DNA of 63,258 bases, filler included, from Perkinsus chesapeaki ATCC PRA-425 (Eukaryota > Protista > Perkinsozoa): assembly GCA_013115145.1 (NCBI GenBank). It is 4 parts of 4 records of this genome, joined end to end, with 100 filler letters (N's around TTAATTAATTAA, not from the genome) between each part and the next. Parts side by side here need not be neighbours in the genome. Positions count along the whole stretch, not along the records: positions 3,888 to 32,258 come from JAAPAO010000474.1; positions 32,359 to 63,258 come from JAAPAO010000431.1; 2 more parts are not named here. One strand, written 5' to 3'. The notes beneath the pieces were generated by a model. That model had not been told where the DNA came from and made no database searches. It saw only the letters and a program-made list of their open reading frames with translations. Numbering within the stretch: position 1 is the first letter of the stretch; each line of letters opens with the position of its first letter. Shown here piece by piece: positions 25,801 through 36,315 of this stretch. The translations under genes were made by a program, and so were the position numbers.

Positions 25801-26188
25801 NNNNNNNNNNNNNNNNNNNNNNNNNNNNNNNNNNNNNNNNNNTATTCGCTAGTAGCATCACTTTCTTACTATCCTAACTCACTTCCTCGCGCTCCTTCGC
25901 TCCCTGTCTCGATTTTCCTCTGTTATAGCTGTGTCTCTAACAAGATCTTGTAGGTATTCTGGCTCCCTCAATGCAACCGGATACTTCACCTTTCCCGACA
26001 GCTGCCCACTTCTTCCCTCTAAGAACTACCCGAGCGACCATCTGCATCTCGTTGCACGTTTCTCACTTTCGGAAGGTCAATCCGACGACACCCCAAGCGC
26101 TGCCTTTCGCGTAAGACGATCTCGTCGGTGGTCCCAGCTAGCGCGGTTCCAATCAGACTGTTATTTTCCCGGATATCGTACCAGTTAG
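22880..26188 (+). CDS. Nocturnin/CCR4-like EEP-family phosphatase/nuclease, multi-exon (5' exons uncertain)
   Basis: Exons encode EKWHNRQRQL (about 22965), IICLQEVDRF..GYEGVF (23463-23600), IHLKAG (about 24220), VCGDFNAEP (from 24986), HIDYMW (to 25361) and PSKNYPSDHL (from 25954). The junction 25361/25954 is in frame. Confidence 0.88.
24056..24137. repeat. 41-bp direct repeat x2
   Basis: cagtaagttctatgct(g/a)ccttgat at 24056 and 24097. Confidence 0.8.
25593..25863. repeat. 40-bp minisatellite with alternating variants, interrupted by an N-gap (25746-25842), inside intron 25362-25953
   Basis: Unit tagcatcactttcactagtactaattcacata(gtca/ttcg)ctag; at least 4 copies visible. Confidence 0.93.
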
Positions 26189-28651
26189 CAAGGACAAGCC
26201 CGAACGAACGATAATATCTCTACAAGGTGAAGCGACCACGAGTCAAAATGCATGGCACTTGGGCTAGAGGCATCACCCGCTTCCAGGTTGCCTGTGAGCA
26301 GTCGACGCCTCTTAGTGACAGGAATTATCTGCACCATATAGGATTATATAGGAATGCTTTGTGTTGCTCTTACTTTGCGATTTGCCAGGAAATTCCTGGA
26401 ATTCAGCTGCCCTCATTGCTTTCTGGCTCAGAAATTATGAGTACTCCTATTCCTATCCACCGGGAAGCCTGGTCGAGGCCGTGTTGTCCACCTCCGGTTT
26501 CCCTCAAAGTGCTCGATATGAACCTGATTCGTCAAGCTACCAGATTCTATAACCGACATAATATGAACTTCTTGATTGGACAACCTTTTAGTTCTCACCT
26601 TGAACAACCTTATCTTTTAATTATTACTATTTGCTTAGTGGACCGCGACACACAATCGAAGATTCGGGAGATATTGTCGGGCATCGTTGTCGCAGCAAGG
26701 CAACGGGGCATACAGCTAGAGATGGTCGGACGCCTTTCTGAGGTTGTAAATAGTATTTCTGAATAGATACTCGTCCCTCAGCACGACAGTACCGATATTG
26801 GCTCACACGAGCTTCACCAGGCGAGCTCGCTGTTCTAGATTGGTGAGTTGATACTCGTTCTTTTCAGGTGGGCAGCTGGACTGTAGATGCCATAGAACGG
26901 GCTGATATCAACATACTCAGTATTGGAGACAGCAATGTACAGGTAACAGCGGGTGCATTATATCAAGCCTCCAGTCGTAATGTTGGTATCAGGGTAGTTG
27001 GAATATTACTGTGATATGTTCCACTGCTCCAAGGAGTACTCCTTTAACCACCTGGTTAGTATGTGCATCTGGCGCCGTCAGTCAAGCTCTCTTCCGAAAG
27101 GGTCTGCGGACTCTGAAAGAATTATAGAAGGATAGGGAGCTGAATCCGAATTTTTTATTTACCTCCTCAAATTCATTTTATAGTCCTCAAGACAATTAAA
27201 CTCGCATTGGCAGAAATCAGTTAGCCTTATAGCTCTTTTGATAGCCTGTCACAGACTACACGCGTCCCTTTTCTTTTCTCTGCATTCGATTCCGCGTCTA
27301 TTATTTTTCGATTAGGCAATCATCGGCTTCGCCTTAGCCAGAAACCCGGGGTCCGTATTACTGTTGGACACGCAACACGTCTCGGAACGTCCACCCGTAG
27401 TGGAGTATTTCTGTCATCAGCGAAAAGTTCCTCTTATTGGATCTACTGAAGCATTAGCAAGGAAAATGGAGGATATGATTTGGGGAGTAAGAAGCTTTGC
27501 TTCAGGCCTGTCATTTATCGTGGTCTCATTCACTTCGCAACGTGGCACATTTTGTCCCTTTTCAGCTCTTTCAGGCGGCTCGCTCGAAAGGCGCATCAAC
27601 CTCTAGATTTCTTGCTTCTCTCAATAGATCAAGCGTATCGCAGAGCTGCGTATGACTGTTGACATTGCTACGTGAGGGTCTGACGTAGCAGTGTAATCAG
27701 CAGTCCTAAGTTTCCATGTTAACTCCCCGTTTGAAACTCACGGTTTCACAGTTTGGTTGCTTCCAGGTTCGTGAGACCAAGCTTAGCCTCGAGCCTCTAG
27801 CAGTCGCTGGCTGGGTGAAGTACTTCAAACAAGTCCTTAGTTAGCAGAGCGTATCACTTGATACATGCATATATAGTGTCACGCAGCTTTTCTTCTACTA
27901 TTCCCCGCGAGTCGAGTTCCTTTTTCGTTGCGCCAGTCACGCGCCATCCTGGCTTCAATAGAATTGACTAACTACGTTTCGATAGCGCATGTTCTGTTAT
28001 TGTGTTCTGTGCCATGGCTCAAATGAACACTGCGTGTGTTACGCCAACCCGGGAAGCGCAACTAGATGGCCGGTGAGTCAACAAGACTTGACCAAGAGGG
28101 GAAGAAGAACCATTAGACCGTTATTCACTGAAAATCTATATCCTACAGGATAGATCCTATCCTGTACATAGTGGATAGATCCTGTAGGATCAATCTACGC
28201 CAGAAAGACTTTTCGAGCCTCCGAGGCCGGATGAATTCTTGGCTATGGCCCTTTCCTTTCATCCCAGTCGGTCGTTCTGATCGAGAGTGCTGGCGACTAG
28301 TCACTCGGCTGGTGACACTAATGGGGCATTGCTAAACTTCGGAATTCGTGAGGAGCAAGGTTAATCTGACCTTGCGATGGGGGATGAAGAACTGATACAC
28401 TTGGCTTTCGGCAGCAACCGCATTAGAGAGCCGTTTCCCTCGGTGACAGGGCCCTTGAAAGGAAGTCTGCTTAAAAGTGACCATGGAGCTCACCCTAAGC
28501 TCATCCGCGACATACAAGGTTTGAATGATTTACATGATTCACAGGGTGATGCAACGTCCATTGGACGTTGCTTACAAGTGCCAAGCAAACACTTGTAACC
28601 TACAAGTTAAGCTACAACAAGTTGGCCCTTACAAGTTGTAAGGGCCAAGTG

Positions 28652-28701
28652 AACACGTTGTAAAGAAATAAACACGTTGTAAAGAAGTAAACACGTTGTA
28701 G
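28652..28701. repeat. 19-bp tandem repeat x about 2.6
   Basis: aacacgttgta at 28652, 28671 and 28690. Confidence 0.85.
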
Positions 28702-29240
28702 AGTGTCACACTTTCCTCCACCTACTTGGACGTCGTCCAAGGTTGGTGCTTCAATGAAATTGGTGTACTGCAGCATTGCACTAACATTCCTAAACGCCTT
28801 CAGCGTCGCGAAAGCCGCGTCATGCTTGCTGCCGTAGCGGAAGCAAATTCTTTTAATACATTAAGTGTAAAGAGATGTACTGCTGCTATTCTCGGACTAA
28901 TTCTCCAAAGAATTAAGTTATCTACCGTATATTCGATATTGAGGGATAGTACGGGAAGGGTTTTCTCAGAAGAGTGGTAGCCGGTGGTTACTAGCCACCC
29001 ATCTGTTTCGATTTGTGTGGGGGCGCCCAACTGTGGAACTCGGAGCCGTAAGTCTCAGAGAAGTAGAAAAAATCTGACTAGTGCCTCATTTGGTCACTCG
29101 GATATACGCGTAAAGAACGACGAGCACGTCTGTGCATGTTAGAATAGTATCATAATCGCCACAATGCCACTTGGGCAATCAGAGCACAGACTGCACTGCA
29201 TTATTGATGATACCTCCCCAGAGTTGCCACAGGAAAAACT

Positions 29241-30273
29241 TTAGAGAGCAGGGAACTTGGCTAAAGCTGCAGCAACCAAGGACCTTTTATCGGTGGCATG
29301 AAGATCAAATTCGGCACCGATGAAACTGATGCCACGCATTTGGGAATTTATCACTATCTCGGCCTTCTCATTAATCTGGGTTTGAGAGTCATAGAAATAG
29401 CCATTGAACTTGCCATCACCGGTAACGGGAGCCCCATCATAGATAAGGGACCTGTAGAAAATACTGTCCTCGCCAACCTTTCGGCCTAGCGGCATAACCT
29501 GAAGCATGGGCCTTGGTTAATAAATACCACTCAGATATGACTCACTCCGAATTCTAGCATTCTTGAGAAACTGGTGATGTTGTTCCACCTATGAAGTACG
29601 TCCACGGCGAATTGCTTAGTGTTGCTTATTTCAATGGGGCTGACAATATTAAGCAAACACACTGCGAAGTCATAGTGATCAACAGGCTTTGTCGGAGCGA
29701 TCAAGCTCCAGCTTCTCTCTGCAGTGTTGAACCTACACAGAAAATCGCCTTAGATCGCCGTTACAGCAACCACCATTACATCAGTCCAACTCTTCCACGG
29801 CGCCCTCTCCATGATTTAATGCCACGAACTGTATCTCCTATGTATCGTAACCCCTCGGCAACCACTGAGGTCGATGATGAAAGAACCTGAGGATGAACCA
29901 GGGCACCGTCGAGGTGGAACTCGTCGAAGTATTTCTTCAGTTGATTTGTGAGAACTTTCTGGAACTTTTGGGCGGAATCTTCTTTTATGATTGGTGAGAG
30001 CCTCACAAACAGCTCAACGTCAGTGTCTTTGGTGATACCGTGGACCTCATCCATAAGGGCTTTATTTACTCGTTTAAAATCAAGTGTACCATCAGGTCTG
30101 ACGGCGGCTAGTCCTATGACAATCCTTTCCACTCCAGCACTGATCATATCTTTGTAGTCATCTATCTTAACAGCAGCAGGAAAGGTGACTACACTCGTAA
30201 CTCGGTATTGGCGTGTGGCAGCGGAGAGGCAAAGCAGACCAAATAGGAGGACAGACGATGCGTGAATGAACAT
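29241..30273 (-). CDS. Secreted GH18 (chitinase-like) protein lacking the DxxDxDxE motif, 3 exons
   Basis: Signal-like MFIHASSVLLFGLLCLSAA; TIM-barrel-like pattern (IVIGLAAVRPDG, FHLDGALV); C-terminal YRSLIYDGA..GYFYDSQ..INEKA..GISFIG. Two GT-AG introns splice in frame. Confidence 0.65.
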
Positions 30274-30984
30274 TGGACCTGTAACTGAGGGCCCCAACTC
30301 TGACTTGCCCTTTGCAGGGGCATCGTACAAATGTATTCAAAAAAGCGGTTAGCGGTAAGCAATAAACCGATGCAGGTCTCAGAGAGGCGAGATATGTGTT
30401 CCCCGCCGAGAGCGACTATCCACTCCTTACCATTCATTTGGGCGCCGTGACCTTTTATGCGCCAGCGGCGCCGCACATCGTGAGGGACCACAGTACCACA
30501 GAATGCTGCAGTTCACCTGCCATATGCTCGTGGGTTCTTCGATAAAGGCAGCGAACTTATTGTTGGTCCAGTGTATACTTCACACTGCATAGTGACATAA
30601 CAAGTTGTGCTTCGAGGTTCAACTCGGTAATGAATCATTACTAATTATTCATTGTGACGCTTATTGTGTTGGGTTGCGTTAGTCCGACTCTAATTTGCTT
30701 TTGGACTCCATTACCAGACCCCGTCATTGACGGACCGTAAAGATAATTGGACGATACAGTAGTCTGCAGTATCTATGCCGCTGCGCATTGCCGCACTTAT
30801 GTATCTCATTCCAGTTTGTAGTTCATTAGTACCATTCAGCGGTGTGCCTCGGGTCTCAGTGTCTCAGAAAGGTGTTCCTCAACAGTTGTGAATCGTTCCT
30901 TTTGTGGAGATACAATAGAAAAGATTGCTAAGAGCAAAGTGTGGAAGGAAAACTGTCTAGAATGCATCAAGAGTCTCAGCGAGG

Positions 30985-32258
30985 TTGACGTAGGACATAT
31001 CTGCGGTGTGAATTTAGCCAAGTGACATTGTGTACCTTACCAAAATTAATACAGGATTGTGACACTAGTGATTGTGCTGTCCACACTGTTGTTTCTCTGG
31101 CTCTACTCACATATAGAGGATTAGTGTAAGCCACTAGTGTACTACATGTCTTACGATGGTAGAACACGTAAATTAAGTGTAGCGTACTACTGCGTAGCTA
31201 AATGAAGTTAACACAGTAGGTAAGGTTAGTTGGGTGGCTCGCGCTTCTCGCCCTTTTATAGAAGCAGCACACAATGTGTAACTGCGGCGAGCGGCATGTT
31301 GCTCGCTGTCCTTGAGGTGGTAGTCCCAGTTGTGTTAGTTGGAACTCCGGGAACTCGCTTTTGTCCCTTCCTATCCCTGCGGGGAGGTGATGTGTCAGGC
31401 TCGTTGACCTCTAGCCATCATCTCGCAGCGCTGGCCGGCGGAGCGTGAGGCTCGCGCCGTGAGCTTCACTTCATTCGCAGCCGAGACGTTTTCCCGGCCT
31501 GGGCATACTTTTCAGGCTGCCCGAGAGTGGCATGGGATTTCGACCAGGACTTATCTCTTGCCAGAAATACCCTCTTTGCTCTCCGGCTCACGGGTTCCGA
31601 GCTCAGGCGTCTCGGTGTCCAGTCACTCTGCTGCACTCCCCTCCCCCCAGACCCGTAGTTACAGGCTGAATCAAGTACGCCAACTAGCGTTGTTATGCGC
31701 TAGCAGCTAGCTTAAAACAGTCTCACACGTATTGCCGTCACAAGCCCACACAACCACTAACCGAGCTCCCCTAGTAGTGGACCACTGGTTTGCTTACTCT
31801 TCAATGTTTCCCACGGATCATAGGTCACGATAGTTACACAGTTACGATACGTAATGACACTTAGAGGGAACGCAATTCCACGATGTCAGAAGTGTAAGAG
31901 AAAACTCGATTATGGTTCCAGGGTCGGATAAGTGTCTCTATCGCTACCATTAATCATAGCAGTCCGTAGATGCTTCTGCCTTGAAAGGCCACCTTTTGAG
32001 TAAGCATCTCCTACGGAATAGCGGATGAGACTGCATGCCCTTATGGCACACATGTGTAGCAAGTAAAAAAGAGAATACCGTACCAACGTACTAGTATTAC
32101 GACTGTCTACTAACATGGATTGGATAATGCCATCACAATAAACGGGCATCATAGACCAGGGTGAAGACCAAGTTGACCAGGTGTGGGTTCACCACGGACC
32201 TCGCCGAAGTAGAGGGCGAATGTGGCCTTGAGTTCCTCAACCCTTACGCGATCCTCCA
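30985..32258 (-). mobile_element. 3' end of an LTR retrotransposon (ORF tail, 3'UTR, polypurine tract, LTR)
   Basis: Minus strand: ORF ends at about 32150; GGGGGGAGGGGAG (31648-31636) is immediately followed by TG (31635); CTATAAAA TATA-like box at about 31255. The left LTR boundary is approximate. Confidence 0.55.
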
Positions 32259-32358
32259 NNNNNNNNNNNNNNNNNNNNNNNNNNNNNNNNNNNNNNNNNN
32301 NNTTAATTAATTAANNNNNNNNNNNNNNNNNNNNNNNNNNNNNNNNNNNNNNNNNNNN
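32259..32358. other. Assembly gap with TTAATTAATTAA linker (32303-32314)
   Basis: N-run plus linker. Confidence 0.95.
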
Positions 32359-32374
32359 TCGTGTTAGATTTGCT

Positions 32375-32460
32375 TACTCTGGGCGGGACTTGAACCCGCA
32401 ACCTTTGGATTAGAAGTCCAACGCTCTATCCATCGATCTATCCAATTGAGCCATCAAAGC
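32375..32460 (-). tRNA. tRNA-Arg(UCU), probable pseudogene (12-nt duplication in the D arm)
   Basis: TGGCTCAATTGG A-box, TTGGA-CTTCTAA-TCCAA anticodon arm, GCGGG-TTCAAGT-CCCGC T arm; imperfect acceptor stem. Confidence 0.75.
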
Positions 32461-32538
32461 TATATCTTATTAATTCTGGTGCCTTGCGGGAAATATGGAT
32501 CAAATCCAACTATCACACACCATTGTACTTGTTTTCTT

Positions 32539-32610
32539 TACTCTGGGCGGGACTTGAACCCGCACCCTTTGGATTAGAACTTCTGGTCCGGAAGTCCAAC
32601 TCTCTAACTG
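32539..32610 (-). pseudogene. Second tRNA-Arg(UCU)-derived copy: 3' half intact, 14-nt insertion in the anticodon loop, 5' half diverged
   Basis: About 45 nt nearly identical to 32374-32418. Confidence 0.7.
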
Positions 32611-32699
32611 GTTAAGTAAACTTTACCACTTAATTTAATTAACTTAAACTCGCTCATTCTAGCTTCACTCAGTAAAGCTTTCAATGAGCGGGTTTCCAA

Positions 32700-33838
32700 T
32701 ATATTGAATTGAATATTCCCGTTTTTGGGAAGGCGTAATATCGTAAACCGCATTCGAAATTTTATCGTTGGGCCACTGAGTGGGAATCCCACTGTGGGAT
32801 TCCTAGGGGCATTCCCGACTCAGTTGACGCTAACGGCCTTTGACAAAAGCCCTTTGTACGTACTGGTTTCAGATAGTGTAATCCACTCTGACATCCAAGT
32901 GTTTTCTGACACGACCGGAGTAAACGATCATGTTTCATTGTGCGTTGAGCTCAAAACGTTCCCATTAGAGGGATCGGTGCCGTTTTTGTGCACTCAAGGA
33001 GCAGCCGGAAGCCTAACGCATTTTGCGCATGCGGGCACAAACTTTGCGCTGGATCTCAGATGTGACATCGGTGAGTCTCGCCAGGCGGTTTGCCAATCTT
33101 ATGGTGAACTTGAGATTATGTCAACTAGGTACACCTGTAAGATCGGTCTGTGAAGGCCGAGTGCTCGATGTGCGATGTGATAATAAGTGCGGAGGCATCG
33201 ACGTTGATAACCTATATAAATGGAACTCTGTAACTGTACAATGTCTCACTTCGAAGTGAGTGCGATTCCCATTCGACGCTTCCCATCTGCCGATAATCTA
33301 TGTATCCCGGTGTGTCTCTTCTTCAGCACCTGTTTCGATTATGTCCATCTGTCCCACGGCAGTATCACGGTGAAAGTTGGGGACATAGTGACAGAAGGCC
33401 AGATTATTGCTAAATCTGGTGACGTTGGTTTCACTCCAGGTGAGCTACCCTTATATTGTCTTTACATTTAAACTTTTGAAGAGTGGAGTAGGGCATAATA
33501 CTAGACCGGTGGCAAGTTCTGATACCTTAGCCAATTGCTGGGACAGGAGAGTGCGCTGAGGATGCGCATCCTCCTTGTTCGGGACTAGTAGTACAGTATG
33601 CCTTTATGTGATTCAAGGAAGATGAACATCATTTATATCTTGGCTTGAGATCATTGGTATGATTACTGTTATCTTCTCAGAGCCCCATCTACACTTCCAG
33701 TGCTTGCAGTCATCGGCCCCAAATGCGCCCTCCATTCCCATCAAGTTCCGTTTCGGTTCCGATACAGCCGCAGCAATCGTAGCAGAAGCAGGAGAGTACT
33801 ATCCGCCATCGATGGCTCCTGAAGCCCGAACTACCTAA
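32700..33838 (+). CDS. M23 family zinc metallo-endopeptidase, multi-exon (start not resolved)
   Basis: FPL..CTQG..GSLTHFAHAGTNFALD, GTPVRSVCEGRV, YVHL..VKVGDIVTEGQIIAKSGDVGF and PHLHF. Introns 33071-33128, 33256-33326 and 33440-33680 splice in frame. Confidence 0.88.
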
Positions 33839-33849
33839 TTTGACCGTTT

Positions 33850-35790
33850 CTATAATAACAAGTGAACCTCTTTGGTATATAGTAAATCTTCGTTGTTCCG
33901 TGATTCCGTGAAGTATGTATAATTACCTTCAACCATCACATTGGAGACCTTGCTCGTAACTCGCCTTAGCTCAACACAAGTTAAACAGGAAGAATTCAAT
34001 AATATCTTAATATCACTCCACCAAGCCCTCGGTACAACAACAGCGTTACTAGTTCCACTGGAGGCTGGTACTGCCTTATGCCCACTGTTATTATATATAC
34101 AGCAGGCTACGAATCCATTGTGAAGTAACTGAAGAACACCAGGTGAATGGCTAACATCGAACCACACCTACCCGGAAGTCTCCCGACACTCGAGCATCTT
34201 TACGTACAAGGTGACCATCAACCCAAAACGTGACTAGTAGATCAGATTTAGTGAGCTCGCAGGGACTGTCAGTGTCATTTATCCGATCTCGTTTGTTGCG
34301 ACAAGAACACTTCTCCAGAGACGGCCATGTGAAGTCAACCGCAATGTGGTACCTGGCGCTACTAACGATGCCCGGGGTGCCAGGCTAGAGCTCACCATTT
34401 CCGTGGTTCATACGCCCAGCCAGGGCATCCAGTTGCACTTATACCATTCTCCATAAAGCCCATGACAAATGCAGAAGCAACCGGGCATAGTGCTAGAAAG
34501 ACAATTGCTATGCACTACGATACCGTGACTTACATCCCCCTCTCGGAATCAGCTGTGATACAGACATCGTCGGGGCTCCCGCTGCCTGGTAGGGAGAAGT
34601 GTCTGAACAAAAGTGGTAGGTGTTGGTAGGTTACCAAATATTGCACTGCTGAGGCTTACGCTGAGACGTTGGAAGTGTCGACAAGAATGCTAGGCAGCCC
34701 TGACCCTGGTGCATTCGCCCTCCCACTCGACACCGAAATTCCACCTACAAAACAATGACACAAGATTGACAATATCTTTACCAAAACAGCTGTGCCGTGC
34801 TTACTCGCCTCGGTTTGATGCCATTATGTTGTCGTATGGTATGTAGGAATACACCCGAATATGGATGGCACGCTCTGTTTACTGGACCAAGGATCGTGAG
34901 GCATTTGGATGAGGCGAGAGGGCACGGTGATAATGAATTATCAGGATCCTGAGAAATACGACAGTCGTCGCACTTCTCCCTTCAACAGAAGCCTGCACCT
35001 CGTTTTCATCAGGGTTTCTAGGTACCTCAACAACATTACACTCTCGGAGATCAACAGCCTGATTTTGTTCGTCACTAAAAAAGAGCAAGTGGGACGATAT
35101 GACCAAGATTAATTACATGGTCATCGGTCCCCGAAGCCACTTCTTCCCCCAGTCACTCGCGGTGAAGTTTTCCTCAATATAAACCGTTTCCAGGCGATAC
35201 ATAGCCCGCAGCAATTGAGCCTGTGAATATGCGGTCATAAACAAGATACTGTGTAGCCGTCCGCCTCCTACTGTGGTCGGCTTGACCTCCTTCCCGTTCA
35301 TTACAACACTTGTCACCCGGATTCCTCTAGATTTCGCAATCTCTACTATCTCTCCCATCTCCAGCTTGGTCAGCATCATTTTGCACGTGGTTCTCGCTCT
35401 AACCAAACATAGGCGTTCAGCGATCCCCCAACTCAACCTCGGCCTACCGAGCGATGTCCTTCCCACCAAGAAACCAGCAGCAGAAGCTAAGCAGTGTACA
35501 GCCTGTCTCTGTTGACCTCCAATTACGCGGAACGCGATTTCGTAAAGGGAAGGGCCTGTGGTAAAGAGCCGGTGTTTCGATGTGAAGGAGGGTAACTCAC
35601 CCAGATGGCGGTGCTGCAGGCGTGGCTGGGGGCTGGGGAACTCTCCCTACAGCTGAGCCTCGATTAGTAACCAAAACCTAAAGCCAAGGCAGAAGAAGCA
35701 TTTAGCCTGCGTGCGGGTATCGTGAGACCAACGCACCTTGCGTGGCTGCATTCCATACAGTTGCTGAAACTGCTGGTTTGTAAATGCCGC
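33850..35790 (-). CDS. Hypothetical multi-exon protein
   Basis: Successive GT-AG-bounded open segments (MLGQTAAFTNQQFQQLYGMQPRK / VLVTNRG..PPSG / PFPLRNRVPRNW / ..YRLETVYIEENF..); no family recognised. Confidence 0.45.
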
Positions 35791-36315
35791 CGTTTGGCCC
35801 AACATGGCTCCTCCAAACTGCCAGCATTGCCCAACGTTCCCGTAACTTTGACCAACTCTTAAACCCAACTCGCAAAAAATTCATGCAGGTAAAAGGGTTA
35901 TCAACTATTATCGTGCAGAATGGTGGTAGTCTAATAATCCTCCATGTGAGGGGCGCTATAAAACAACAACTGCAGCAAATAAGAGAATTACAACCTGTGC
36001 TATGTCATGGCATACATCTATCGCAATAAGCAAACCAGCGTGAAAAATTGAGACGAATGCTTGGGTTCACGCCTGTGGGATACAGCTCCCCAAGGGAAAC
36101 CTATCACTCTTCGCACTGTCAATCGTGCTGCTGAGTACAGAACTACAGAACTGTTTCAGGTCCTGCTCAGAATTGAGAGGCATTAGACATGCCTAGGATA
36201 ATGACTCGCAAAAAAGACCAGTCAAACAAAATCAATATGTGTTCGTTTACAAAACCTTAAGGTGTCTACTTCTGCCATTTAAATACAGCCATTACTATAG
36301 AGAGTACTTCCAAAC

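Noticed and set aside
25593-25863. CRISPR-like regular repeats
   Set aside because: Head-to-tail units with no unique spacers, inside a eukaryotic intron; no cas genes.
26227-26766. 179-aa ORF downstream of the nocturnin-like gene
   Set aside because: No ATG at the ORF start, no recognisable motif and competing frames; cannot support a gene call.
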